A stretch of DNA of 53,278 bases from Nanobdellota archaeon (GTDB taxonomy: Archaea; Nanobdellota; Nanobdellia; Pacearchaeales; GW2011-AR1): the NCBI GenBank assembly GCA_038043805.1, contig JBBTBG010000004.1:1-53278 (forward strand), given 5' to 3'. The position numbers and the translations under genes are program-made. The notes under the pieces were generated by a model. It had not been told where the DNA came from. It worked only from the letters and a program-made list of their open reading frames with translations, and searched no databases. Numbering within the stretch: position 1 is the first letter of the stretch; each line of letters opens with the position of its first letter. Of this stretch, positions 29,460 to 39,499 are shown piece by piece.

Positions 29460-30416
29460 ATGTCTCAGATTGATGAGGAAAACTCAGTAATAGAAAAAGT
29501 CGATGCACGCGATCTAAAAATTCTTGATATTCTTAAAGAGAACGCTAGAACAACTTACCAACAAATCGCTAAAAGGGTCTTGCTTTCACATGATGCTGTT
29601 GCAGAGAGAGTAAAAAGACTGCATATAAGTGGAATTATTTCTAAATTTACACTAGATGTAAATTACCGCTTGCTCGATTATGATGAATATTATTTATTTC
29701 TCCAGCTTCTTGAAAATGATGATGAAGAATTAGGAAAATTCTTTACATATCTCAAAGATTCACAATACTTTTCTCAAGTCATTCATTATTCAGGGAACAG
29801 AGATTTATGTATTGCGATAAAAACCCATAATCTTAATGAAACTGATGAGGTAATCACTGATGTTAATAATCATTTTGCAAAAATTATTTTAGGACAAGAA
29901 CTAATGAGAAAGGTAAAGAACCTTTCCAAGGAAAATACAGTCCCTCGAAAAAAAGAGATAGATCTAGACGCAAAAGACATACAATTACTCAATCTTCTTT
30001 TAGAGGATAGTCGCATGAATGCAGTAGATCTCGCGTCCAAGCTCTCTTTAAGTCCAGATGCAGTAGTCTACAGAATTAAGAAACTTGTTACTTCAGGAAT
30101 CATACGAAAATTTACAATAACTCTCAATGTAAATAAACTAGGAAACAGATGGTATACTATTCTTTTGTTGATGAATCTCCTGACAGCCAATGAAGAGAAA
30201 AAACTCCAAGAATATGCCAGAAGTAATAAGAATGTTGTAAGAATATTCAAAACAATTGGTGAATGGAACGTGATTTTAGACTTCTTGGTAAAAAATTCAA
30301 ATGAACTGCACTCGTGTATTAAAGAAATTAAGAATATGCTTCGAGGAAGCTTAAAAGATTATGACATCTCTTTGGGCTACAAAGAACTCAAGAACTCATT
30401 TAAAATTATACTTTAA
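29460..30416 (+). CDS. Tandem-duplicated Lrp/AsnC-type transcriptional regulator (two HTH+RAM units)
   Basis: Two copies of the D.(K/Q)(I/L)L..L..(N/D)(A/S)R pattern (DARDLKILDILKENART..., DAKDIQLLNLLLEDSRMN...), each followed by GII.KFT. Confidence 0.75.
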   Translation: MSQIDEENSVIEKVDARDLKILDILKENARTTYQQIAKRVLLSHDAVAERVKRLHISGIISKFTLDVNYRLLDYDEYYLFLQLLENDDEELGKFFTYLKDSQYFSQVIHYSGNRDLCIAIKTHNLNETDEVITDVNNHFAKIILGQELMRKVKNLSKENTVPRKKEIDLDAKDIQLLNLLLEDSRMNAVDLASKLSLSPDAVVYRIKKLVTSGIIRKFTITLNVNKLGNRWYTILLLMNLLTANEEKKLQEYARSNKNVVRIFKTIGEWNVILDFLVKNSNELHSCIKEIKNMLRGSLKDYDISLGYKELKNSFKIIL

Positions 30417-30508
30417 TTAGCCAAAATATTAATCGTTCTCTTTTTCATGGTTTAAAAGTCCAATGGGAACTTTTAAATAAAGTCTTATCTTCTTCACATT
30501 ATAAAAAG

Positions 30509-32059
30509 ATGGCACTCGACGTTCATAACCTTATCGCGGCAATCAATCCAGATATTTTCTGTGATCCAAGCGTGAAAAAAGAAGTAAAACAGATTAAAAA
30601 AGAAAAAGGGATTCGTGAAGCTGCAAAAAAGGCAAAGCCTCTGAAAGCAGAGTTTATGGACTTTGATGAAATTGCCTATAAAAACGCGTTTAAGAAAGCA
30701 GGTTTGAAAAACCCTATAGAAAAACACTCACTCACATATGATGCTTCAAGCGAATCTCTTGAGCAAATCTATTTCTGGATTCTAGATAAGCTGTATAAGG
30801 AATACGATGATGTACTTAATGTTGACAAATTAGCTGACAACTTCATCTCTGCACCAGGCTCATCACACTTCTCTGAATTTGGTATGAAGGCAACGACTAT
30901 GCAAAACCAAGGTATGAAACTTCTAGGAGATGCAAACAACGTTCTTAAGTCCATTCTTAACATTGTTTATGATCTTAAGGAATTCAAGCTACGCCTTGAC
31001 TTATATGACACTTATAACAACTCAAAAAAAGAGGTAGAAAAAAATACGGCTTTGCTCTCTCTTAAGCAGGTCTGGATGGATACTGTGGATGCAAAACGAG
31101 GAAATACTGGGATAAAGATGATGGCTCAACAGTATGATTATGTAACGCTCATTGATGCATTTATGTCAGCCAATTCAGTAGATGATGTCGCAAAATCTGT
31201 TGAAAAGGGAGGTTTAGATCTCAATGAACGAGTGCGAAGAATAGTCCAACAACGTATTGGCGAGTTCTTTCGTTGGGTAAAAGAATCAGGGAAAGAGCTC
31301 CAGAAAAGATTTGAGATTGAGAAGACTTATCTCAAAAGTCAAGTCAACGCCGTGAAGCTCTATGCTCACTGGGCAAAGCCTTACCTTCGCGCAGCACGGG
31401 CGCTTGAACAACGGGCAGCCCCAAACGCAGCATTAGTCAGCGTATTTAATACTGCTCTCTTTGAGTTGCTCTTGCTTGCGACAGGAGAGTTCAAAGTAGG
31501 AGACGAAATAATGAGAGGAAATCTGCCAAAAATATTTAGCAATTCTAAAATCCGCAAGTACAGGGCAATTCTGATTATTCAATTCAACTTCAGAAGCGTA
31601 CCTGAACGGGCAGGTCAGCAAGGATACGGGTATCGAGGAAAAGTAGATATTAATTTTACCAGTTATGCCCTCAATGATGAAGAGATTGAACTTCTAAAGA
31701 AAGAAGTGGATAAGGATGATTTTGAGGATACGTTCGCACTTATTGAAGGAGCCACGACAGAAAGTTTAGAGCAAATACAGGAAGAAATTAATCAATTTTT
31801 AGAGGACGACAAAGAAAAGAAAGAAAAGAAAGAAGAGAAAAAAGATACTGGGAATCCTTTCTCTGCTCTGATGGATTCATTTAAAGAACTTTTTGGCATG
31901 AAGAAGAAAGAAGAGAAAAAAGAAAAGAAAGAAGGAGAGATCGCGTCTGATTCAGAGCTCGAACAGGTGATGCGCTCACTTGTTCTTATTAAAGCCCGTA
32001 AAGAATGCCGTAAGTTCTACGGTCTGTATAAAGGTGCCCATAATATGCCTGGGTTCTAA
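30509..32059 (+). CDS. Hypothetical 516-aa protein with a Lys/Glu-rich C-terminal region
   Basis: Long ORF with no recognisable catalytic motif and KEKKEKKEEKK-type low complexity near the C-terminus. Confidence 0.6.
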   Translation: MALDVHNLIAAINPDIFCDPSVKKEVKQIKKEKGIREAAKKAKPLKAEFMDFDEIAYKNAFKKAGLKNPIEKHSLTYDASSESLEQIYFWILDKLYKEYDDVLNVDKLADNFISAPGSSHFSEFGMKATTMQNQGMKLLGDANNVLKSILNIVYDLKEFKLRLDLYDTYNNSKKEVEKNTALLSLKQVWMDTVDAKRGNTGIKMMAQQYDYVTLIDAFMSANSVDDVAKSVEKGGLDLNERVRRIVQQRIGEFFRWVKESGKELQKRFEIEKTYLKSQVNAVKLYAHWAKPYLRAARALEQRAAPNAALVSVFNTALFELLLLATGEFKVGDEIMRGNLPKIFSNSKIRKYRAILIIQFNFRSVPERAGQQGYGYRGKVDINFTSYALNDEEIELLKKEVDKDDFEDTFALIEGATTESLEQIQEEINQFLEDDKEKKEKKEEKKDTGNPFSALMDSFKELFGMKKKEEKKEKKEGEIASDSELEQVMRSLVLIKARKECRKFYGLYKGAHNMPGF

Positions 32060-32065
32060 ACAGGA

Positions 32066-32863
32066 CTATCGTAAAAGAAAAACATGCGACCCTGCATTGC
32101 TTTCTTTGAACTCTAAGGGCTGCCAAACTGGAATATCTAACTCAATTTCAAGTCCAGCACCACGTACATGAGTATTAAAAAGTGCGAAATCAACTTTATG
32201 TTCTTCTTCACAAGCCACTTCTAAAAGATAAACTTCATTGATAGCTTCACAAGCTTCAGGCGTAGCGTTTCCTTGAGCATAATAATCTCGTAGATTAGAA
32301 TAATAGGTCTCGATTGCAAAAACTCGTTCGATATCATTAGTATAGTTTGGAAGGAGATTTTCACATACTAAGACCTTGCCTGAAGGTCTAAGGTGATTCT
32401 TAAGAACGCACATAAATCGTTGTTTATACAAATCAGGAATGTGATGATATGCAGAGCTTGCTAAAACAAAGTCATATCTCTCTGAAAAACTCAATGTGCA
32501 CATATCATGACAAAAGAATCCCCAACCATCTTTTTGAAACCGTTTTTGCGCTACCTCAATAAATATAGGATTAATATCGACTCCTGTGACACTTAAAGAG
32601 GGATACACAAGGCTGATGTAATTAGCAAAGTTGCCAGGTCCACAGCATGCATCAAGCAAAGAGAGGTGTGGCAAAGCTAAACGCCGTTCAAGCCCCTTTG
32701 ATGCGTGCAACCCTCCAAAACCTTTCATGTCCTGCATTCTGACAGACTCTTTCATTAAGATTCCTGCAGCAACTGCCCACATCGTAACTTCATTATTCAT
32801 TCCATCAGGCCCATGTAAATAGGCATCTGCTGATGTATACAATAGTGAATCTTTTGCTTTCAT
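32066..32863 (-). CDS. Class I SAM-dependent methyltransferase
   Basis: Motif I LLDACCGPGNF and motif II VTGVDINP. 4-nt overlap with the upstream decarboxylase-like gene. Confidence 0.8.
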   Translation of the reverse strand: MKAKDSLLYTSADAYLHGPDGMNNEVTMWAVAAGILMKESVRMQDMKGFGGLHASKGLERRLALPHLSLLDACCGPGNFANYISLVYPSLSVTGVDINPIFIEVAQKRFQKDGWGFFCHDMCTLSFSERYDFVLASSAYHHIPDLYKQRFMCVLKNHLRPSGKVLVCENLLPNYTNDIERVFAIETYYSNLRDYYAQGNATPEACEAINEVYLLEVACEEEHKVDFALFNTHVRGAGLEIELDIPVWQPLEFKESNAGSHVFLLR

Positions 32864-34095
32864 TGTTTTCTCCGAATTGTTTGAGGAGAAGAAAGGACAT
32901 AACGCGTTTTATCAGTAAGATTACCTCTTGAAGTGATAATATCAGTGGTTCCATTTTTTCGAATGAGTACTTCCGCAGCAGGAGTTTTATTAAGAAAGTC
33001 CATATGTTGGGTCGCACAATATGCTCCAACATCTTCAACAATAATGTAATCTCCTTCCTTAAGGCTTGAAGGTATGTAAACAATACCTGGAAAAAGTCTA
33101 TCACTTGAGAGAGTGGTATTTCCACTAAGTTGCGCGGCTTTTTCTTTGTGTGATTCATTACAGATCAGACTGAATGTAGAGTCATAAAACTGTAAATGGT
33201 GCTGTCGTGGACGGATAGTGGCTGAAGGCATATATACATAGGATCCATTTGTAAATATTTCATAACATTCTTTACCCCATGTTTTCTCAACACCATTAAC
33301 TTGCAAAACAAGTTGCCCCACATCTGCGAGAACATCTCTTCCTGGCTCAATGCAAATAACTACATTACTATTCAAAGCATATTTTTGTATTCTTTCTTTA
33401 AGTGTTCTAAAATAAGGCAGCCATTCAAAATGTTCCTGTTTTTCATAATCAAATTTAAATCCCCCACCAAGGTTAATCTCTTTCAGTTCCGGGAAGTCAC
33501 TAAGACACTCAAATCCTTTTGTTTGGAATCGTGTATGAACTTCCAATCCATTGCCTGTTCCTGCATACATTTGAATTCCATAGAGAGTTTTTCCATATTT
33601 TTTCAAGAGCGCTTTGACTTCAGGAAACTGGCCTGGTTTGATTCCCTGACGTTGATTGGATTCAGGGGACAAATCCACACGAATTCTTGGTTCATCAGCT
33701 CCGCATTTCAACAATAACTCGAGGTTGCTTAAGGTAGCACAGTTAATAGGTATTCTTTCCCGAGTAAAATAGTTCAAATCTTCTCTAGAGAGGTGAGTTG
33801 GGGAAAGAACTTTGCTGATCGAGTTTAAGCCAAATCTTTTGAGCTGTTCGTTTTCCTCTAAAGATTGTAAAGTTAATCCAACCTTCCAAGATTCAAGGAG
33901 TGATGCAAGGTGAGGGTTAGAGTTTGCAAAATAAGACACATAGAGATTGATTTTGTTCTGTATGCCTGAGGTAGAGATGGCTTGAATAACCCTCTTAACA
34001 TTTGCGATAAGTGTGTTCTCACTGTAAACGAAGGTAGGAGTTCCTACAGTTTCTATAATCGCTTGCAACGATCTATTATTCATTTTCATTACCAT
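32860..34095 (-). CDS. Orn/DAP/Arg decarboxylase family (fold-type III PLP) homolog, atypical active-site residues
   Basis: Family blocks NLGGGF, CIEPGRDVLADVG and GAYCATQHMDFLN are present. However, the usual [FY]AxKAN reads SYFANSN and the usual GxHxHxGS reads GIQMYAGTG. Confidence 0.65.
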   Translation of the reverse strand: MVMKMNNRSLQAIIETVGTPTFVYSENTLIANVKRVIQAISTSGIQNKINLYVSYFANSNPHLASLLESWKVGLTLQSLEENEQLKRFGLNSISKVLSPTHLSREDLNYFTRERIPINCATLSNLELLLKCGADEPRIRVDLSPESNQRQGIKPGQFPEVKALLKKYGKTLYGIQMYAGTGNGLEVHTRFQTKGFECLSDFPELKEINLGGGFKFDYEKQEHFEWLPYFRTLKERIQKYALNSNVVICIEPGRDVLADVGQLVLQVNGVEKTWGKECYEIFTNGSYVYMPSATIRPRQHHLQFYDSTFSLICNESHKEKAAQLSGNTTLSSDRLFPGIVYIPSSLKEGDYIIVEDVGAYCATQHMDFLNKTPAAEVLIRKNGTTDIITSRGNLTDKTRYVLSSPQTIRRKQ

Positions 34096-34189
34096 AAAAT
34101 GGCATCTTATTGCTAGTATATAAAAACTATGAGACTTAATTCTTCATTAATAGGAAAAAGTATATAAATAGTACAATTTAATACATGAT

Positions 34190-35161
34190 ATGAATCTAGA
34201 CCTTAGAGAGAGGAAGCTGCTGTATTGGCTTGACCAAAACAGTCGTGCAACAAATAAAGAACTTGGAAAGAAGATTGGTCTCTCAGAACAAGCAATAGGT
34301 TACAAGTTAAAACGTTTGGAAGAAGAGGGCATTATCAAGAAGTATGTAACTTTCGTAAACACACCTGCTTTAGGATACACACACTATAAAGTTCTTTTGA
34401 GGCTGCATAAAACAAATGTCGAAAAAGAGAAAGAAATCATTAGTTTTTTAGTGAAGAATAAGAACGTGCGTTGGGTGGTATCATGTAGTGGAAAATGGGA
34501 TATTAACTTCTCTATTTTAGCAAAAAGTCCGCAAACATTTACAGACATTTATCGGGAGATTGAGCATAAGATCGGAGAGTATATCTCTGAGAAAAGTGTT
34601 TCACTTCTTATTCTCTCTCCTGGATTAACTAAGGGATACCTTGTTGGACAGGCAGGAGTTAAGGTCAGAAGATATGGAGAAAAAATAATAGGATGGGAGC
34701 TTGATTCGATTGAGAAAAAACTTTTAAAAGCAATTTCTCAAAATTCGCGCCAAAATATAGTGAATATAGCAGAAAAAATCAATTCTACAATAGATGTGGT
34801 ACGTTATAGACTAAAAAATCTAGAACAAGAAGGAATAATCAGTGGATACACTGTTCAACTAGGATTTGACAAAATAGGAGTACAGAGATATAGTATCTTC
34901 TTCACTCTGCATAAAATGAGCGATCAAACAGAGCGGGAGATGTTTGATTTTGCTCAAAAACAAAAAAACATCGTATTTATGTTGACAATGATTGGAACAT
35001 ATGACCTCTCGCTCGAATTTGAAGTTTCATCGTATCAAGAATTAGAAAGTATTCTTAAAAGATTTAGAGAAGAATTTGCAGATAATATTAACAATTTTGA
35101 GATCATCCTCAACACTGAAGAGTTCAAATACGACTTCTATCCCTTTGACTTTCGAGACTAG
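34190..35161 (+). CDS. Tandem-duplicated Lrp/AsnC-type transcriptional regulator (paralog of 29460-30416)
   Basis: LRERKLLYWLDQNSRATNKELGKKIGLSEQAIGYKLKRLEEEGIIKKY, and a second unit IEKKLLKAISQNSRQN...LEQEGIISGY. Confidence 0.75.
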   Translation: MNLDLRERKLLYWLDQNSRATNKELGKKIGLSEQAIGYKLKRLEEEGIIKKYVTFVNTPALGYTHYKVLLRLHKTNVEKEKEIISFLVKNKNVRWVVSCSGKWDINFSILAKSPQTFTDIYREIEHKIGEYISEKSVSLLILSPGLTKGYLVGQAGVKVRRYGEKIIGWELDSIEKKLLKAISQNSRQNIVNIAEKINSTIDVVRYRLKNLEQEGIISGYTVQLGFDKIGVQRYSIFFTLHKMSDQTEREMFDFAQKQKNIVFMLTMIGTYDLSLEFEVSSYQELESILKRFREEFADNINNFEIILNTEEFKYDFYPFDFRD

Positions 35162-35195
35162 CAACATTTATTTACTTCTCCCACCTCTATAAATA

Positions 35196-35723
35196 ATGGA
35201 AAAAAGAGAGAATCAGGAAGAGAAGAAGGAAAAAATAATTATTAAAGAGATTCCTTCAAAGGTAAAAATAATTCGCCAGATTTCAGAAGAAGAACGCACT
35301 CCTTCAGCACGCCCTTCAGGTCTGGAAAGAAGAGAGGAGGAAGTAGAGAGAGAGTTCTCAAGCTCGGCAACTTCAAACACAAATAACAACTTTCTTATTC
35401 GTTCTAATGCTCCTCCAACTTCTATTCAGCAAGTACGTACAACAGGAAATACTGCTGTTCAGCAAAATCCTCAAGAAGAGTCAGAAGCAGTAAGAAGATG
35501 GTATGCTCAAAGCACTAAGACTGCAGAGCAAGAAAGAAAGTATCAGCTTTCTACACAAGGCTCCGCAGTTATTCCTCAAGATAACTCTTTTGGTAGAAGA
35601 ATGATTGGAGAGAATCAGGAGCTTCAAAATATCCAAAATAGATCGATAGATAATGAAGATAAATACAATCTTAATAAGCCAGAAAAGAAAGAAACACGAA
35701 GAAGATATCCTTGGGAAGTCTAA
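35196..35723 (+). CDS. Hypothetical low-complexity (Glu/Lys/Gln-rich) protein
   Basis: 175-aa ORF directly upstream of the TIM-barrel gene. Confidence 0.45.
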   Translation: MEKRENQEEKKEKIIIKEIPSKVKIIRQISEEERTPSARPSGLERREEEVEREFSSSATSNTNNNFLIRSNAPPTSIQQVRTTGNTAVQQNPQEESEAVRRWYAQSTKTAEQERKYQLSTQGSAVIPQDNSFGRRMIGENQELQNIQNRSIDNEDKYNLNKPEKKETRRRYPWEV

Positions 35724-35758
35724 GAAGAGTATTTAAACATACATCTCCTCGATAAAGT

Positions 35759-37669
35759 ATGGGGGGCGAACATACATTTTATCCAGGGGGCCAGTATCCT
35801 CTAGATGTTGGAGGAAGAATAACTTCTGATTATTCAACAGGATACACTGCTGCAGCCGGCTCTTTCGGTGCAACTACAGATCCAAGGACAAGTAACCAGC
35901 TCAAAGCAGTTTCTGACAAAATTTCTACAGGCGTCAAAGCAATAGAGATAACCGCCATTCAGATGGAAGCATTGGACTATATTCCTAAACAGCATCTCGA
36001 TGAAATTAATCGTTTAAGAAAGATGGCTGGTGTTGACCTCACATTCCATGGACCACTTGTAGAACCAACAGGCATAACTAAGCAGGGATGGGATGAATCT
36101 CAAAGAGTAGAATCAGAAAAAAAGATGTGGAGTGCAGTAGATCGTGCTCATCGTGTTGATCCTGATGGAAATATCGTGGTCACATTTCACTCAGGAGTTG
36201 CCGGACTTCAGCCTGAGACAAAAATTATCGATGAAAAAGAGAAAGATCCTAAGAAAAGGGAAAAAACTATGACTATAATGGTAGTTGATGAACAATCAGG
36301 GAATTTCAGCAGCATACCTTTGACAGAAAAAAGGTATTTTCCAGGAGAAGAAAGAGAACCAGGGGATGCGAAAGGAATAAAAAAAGAACTGCAAAAAGTA
36401 AACAAAGAAGAGTGGATAAAGAAGCTCCAACAGTTGAATTATCATGCTTATCAGGGAAAGGAGATTGTTCAGCGCGCCCTTAATTCTAAAGAAGGGATAT
36501 CTGAGGAAGAGAAGGAAATTACAAAGAAGCCTGAAACTCTTCTTTCATATTATCAAAACTATGGGGATGAAAAAGTCCAGAAAGAAATTGACTCATTTAA
36601 TCCAATCTATGCTAAGGCAGTCCATAACAAGATTCAAGAGATAGCGCATGGAGATATCTACCTCAGGGATTCTTATAATGAGCTTAAAAATCTCTTCAAT
36701 CAAGCCTACGGAACTGCAGAAAAAAACGCAATGTCTAATGATATTGAGCGCAGAGAAAAAGCAGAAGCAGATCTCAAGAAACTCAATGGATTCAAAGAGG
36801 AAATGTCTAAGGTTGTGAATAATATAGAGAACGCACAGGAAATAGATAAATTTGGAAAAGAAATCATTAGAGGCGTTAATGTTTTACGTTCTCTCAATCC
36901 TCCTGAAACGCGTAAACCACTATTAGAGTTTATGCGTGACAAAGCTTCAGACACGTTCTCGAATGTGGCTTTCAATGCATATAAGGAATTTGCGCATAAT
37001 AAGCCAAAAAATACTGCTCCCATTATTAGTATAGAAAACCCTCCTGCAGGTACGGCAGCGTTCGACCGTGCAGAAGATTTAAGGGATCTTATTGAAGATA
37101 GCCAGAAAAAGTTTACACAGAGGGCAGTAAAAGAATTAGGCCTTTCAGAGTCACAAGCAAAAGAGCAGTCTGAAAAAATTATCGGAGCAACCTGGGACGT
37201 GGGTCATATTAATATGATTCGTAAATTTGGGTATAGTGAGAAGGATACGATCAAGCAAGCTGAAACGATTGCAAAGCACGTCAAACATGTTCATCTCTCT
37301 GATAATTTTGGTCTTGAACACACAGAATTGCCTATGGGAATGGGAAACGTCAAGACTAAAGAGATTCTCTCTCTACATGAAAACTTCAAAAAAGCAAAGA
37401 AAATTATTGAAACAGGAGGATGGTTCAAAGATTTCAAGCAGACACCTCTAAGAGAAACGCTTGCAGCGTTTGGTTCTCCTCTCTACGCAAATCAAATGGC
37501 TCCTGCCTGGAATCAGGCAGCTTTTGCAAGTTCAGGCTACTTTTCAGGCTATGGATTTAATCCCGACATTCATCATAGTATCTACGGAGCGGGATTTTCA
37601 GGTCTTCCCGTAGAGCTCGGTGGTCAAATTCAAGGCCGCAGTCGTGTTTCAGGCACACCTATGGAATAG
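35759..37669 (+). CDS. Xylose isomerase-like TIM-barrel (AP endonuclease 2 family) protein with a large charged insertion
   Basis: The N-terminal block ends in LTFHGP. The C-terminal block is WDVGHINM...HVKHVHLSDNFGLEHTELPMGMGNV (the HxHxxD...H.P.G.G pattern of this fold). They are separated by ~270 aa of Lys/Glu-rich sequence. Confidence 0.6.
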   Translation: MGGEHTFYPGGQYPLDVGGRITSDYSTGYTAAAGSFGATTDPRTSNQLKAVSDKISTGVKAIEITAIQMEALDYIPKQHLDEINRLRKMAGVDLTFHGPLVEPTGITKQGWDESQRVESEKKMWSAVDRAHRVDPDGNIVVTFHSGVAGLQPETKIIDEKEKDPKKREKTMTIMVVDEQSGNFSSIPLTEKRYFPGEEREPGDAKGIKKELQKVNKEEWIKKLQQLNYHAYQGKEIVQRALNSKEGISEEEKEITKKPETLLSYYQNYGDEKVQKEIDSFNPIYAKAVHNKIQEIAHGDIYLRDSYNELKNLFNQAYGTAEKNAMSNDIERREKAEADLKKLNGFKEEMSKVVNNIENAQEIDKFGKEIIRGVNVLRSLNPPETRKPLLEFMRDKASDTFSNVAFNAYKEFAHNKPKNTAPIISIENPPAGTAAFDRAEDLRDLIEDSQKKFTQRAVKELGLSESQAKEQSEKIIGATWDVGHINMIRKFGYSEKDTIKQAETIAKHVKHVHLSDNFGLEHTELPMGMGNVKTKEILSLHENFKKAKKIIETGGWFKDFKQTPLRETLAAFGSPLYANQMAPAWNQAAFASSGYFSGYGFNPDIHHSIYGAGFSGLPVELGGQIQGRSRVSGTPME

Positions 37670-37732
37670 AATTCTCGTCTATTCCAAGTAGTAAATCCCA
37701 AAGTTTAAAAACAACCCTCTCTTCGGTATCCT

Positions 37733-38569
37733 ATGGAGAAGAAAAAGGGGAAAGAAAAGCCTAGTCCCACTCGCACCCCATTACGCAAGATCACAGACCC
37801 CAAAGACATTGCCAGAGAATTTGCAATTAAAGTGCATGAGAAATTTGATCGAACGGTAAAAGCATCTATTTTATTTGGGTCTCAGGCAAAAGATTCTGCC
37901 AAGGTGGGTTCAGATATCGATATCATTCTAATTATTGATGACGCTTCAATCAACTGGGATCTCGAGCTCATTTCATGGTATCGGGAAGAGCTAGCAAAGA
38001 TCATAGAAAATTATAACGAAAAGGCAGACTTACACATCAATACTGTAAAGCTTACGACTTGGTGGCAAGACTTAATGTACGGCGATCCCGTTGTGATTAA
38101 TATTCTTCGCTATGGAGAAGCACTCATAGACATCGGAGGGTTTTTCAATCCTCTCAAGGCGCTTCTTCTTAAAGGAAAAATTCATTCTACTCCAGAGGCC
38201 ATATACGCCGCACTCCAGCGTGCACCAGGCCATCTTTCACGAAGCAAATACGCAGAAATGAGCGCCATCGAAGGTATTTATTGGTGCATGACGGATTCAG
38301 CACAGGCAGCACTCATGACTGCAGGCAAAGTCCCTCCCTCACCGGAACAAATTCCCCTTATGCTCAAAGAAATATTTGTTGATAAAGGAATGTTGAACAT
38401 GGATGCAGTCAAGGCAATGCGAGATCTCTACACAATTCACAAAGGAATTTTACATCACGAAATAGCAGAAGTCAAGGGTGCAGATATTGACCGATGGCAA
38501 GTCGTTGCAGAAAAGTTTCTTAAAGACATGACTTCAATTATTGATAAGCTTATAGAACAGCAAAAATAA
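37733..38569 (+). CDS. Minimal nucleotidyltransferase domain protein with a helical C-terminal domain
   Basis: FGSQAKDSAKVGSDIDIILIIDD (GS...DxD NTase signature). The core is paralogous to 48083-50005. Confidence 0.75.
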   Translation: MEKKKGKEKPSPTRTPLRKITDPKDIAREFAIKVHEKFDRTVKASILFGSQAKDSAKVGSDIDIILIIDDASINWDLELISWYREELAKIIENYNEKADLHINTVKLTTWWQDLMYGDPVVINILRYGEALIDIGGFFNPLKALLLKGKIHSTPEAIYAALQRAPGHLSRSKYAEMSAIEGIYWCMTDSAQAALMTAGKVPPSPEQIPLMLKEIFVDKGMLNMDAVKAMRDLYTIHKGILHHEIAEVKGADIDRWQVVAEKFLKDMTSIIDKLIEQQK

Positions 38570-38578
38570 AAAGAAAAA

Positions 38579-39400
38579 TTATCCAACAATGCTGTAAAGA
38601 TCCTTAGACGTCTGAGTGTAATTTGGATGATTCTTAATCGCTGCTTTTGACTTCAAGAGACTGCGTGCATACTCTGCGCGCTGGGCTTCAGGAATAAGCT
38701 CATCGAGATCTTTCTCCAATTCTTTGATAGTATAACGAAGCATACGATCCGCTTCATGTGGATGAGAAGTCTCATAGGTCTCCCTGATAAGAGCTGCGCG
38801 CTCATTTGCAACATCAGGATGAACTCCTCTTATCACATGATGTTGTGCAACTGCATTCTGAAGAAGCTCTGCACTTTTTTCAATAAAAGCAGCCATCGTT
38901 CTTACATCTTTAGCTTCTTTATTGGCATCAGAAAGTTCATTCAATTGATAGTAAGCATTATGAACATGAGCAATCAATCTTTCTCGATCAGAATTTCCAA
39001 GCTCAATTAACTTATTCTTTTCAAATTTGCCAGGTTCAACTTCAGTCCAGGCCATGGGATCAATCTTTAAATAGTTCTTAGCAAAATTCTCAGGATTCTT
39101 AGGATCAGCAGTAAATGCAAAATCAATCATTCCTTCAGGATTGACAGCAAAAGATCCCAATGAGCGTGATTCAAAGACTTGCTTTGCAGGTTCGTAATGC
39201 TTTAAAAGATGAGCATCTACATCATGCCTTCCAAAAACTAATCTACCATCATATTTACGCAAGAGCCTTTCAAGTTTTCCACGAGAACTTCCTTTCCTTG
39301 TAGGATCTTCTGCTCCAAGGCCTTTGGCTGCTCCCTCTATAGAAGTATAATCTTTCGTATGACCTCTCCAAGTATCATATTCTGCTTGTGTGATTGCCAT
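38579..39400 (-). CDS. Hypothetical protein
   Basis: 273-aa ORF with no recognisable motifs. Confidence 0.55.
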   Translation of the reverse strand: MAITQAEYDTWRGHTKDYTSIEGAAKGLGAEDPTRKGSSRGKLERLLRKYDGRLVFGRHDVDAHLLKHYEPAKQVFESRSLGSFAVNPEGMIDFAFTADPKNPENFAKNYLKIDPMAWTEVEPGKFEKNKLIELGNSDRERLIAHVHNAYYQLNELSDANKEAKDVRTMAAFIEKSAELLQNAVAQHHVIRGVHPDVANERAALIRETYETSHPHEADRMLRYTIKELEKDLDELIPEAQRAEYARSLLKSKAAIKNHPNYTQTSKDLYSIVG

Positions 39401-39469
39401 ACTTTTCCTCAGTATTCAGACTATTTAAACCTTTCGGCATATAGTGCCTAAATAGTAGTAACAGAAATG

Positions 39470-39477
39470 TTTATATA
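39470..39477 (+). promoter_or_regulatory. TATA box (TTTATATA)
   Basis: Ends 23 nt upstream of the ATG at 39500. Confidence 0.5.
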
Positions 39478-39499
39478 GAAGAGAAATGCGCTTGGTATT

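Noticed and set aside
31780-31960. A purine-rich aaagaaaagaaagaag tract that looks like a simple-sequence repeat.
   Set aside because: It is in frame within ORF 30509-32059 and encodes the Lys/Glu-rich segment. It is coding low complexity, not a DNA repeat element.
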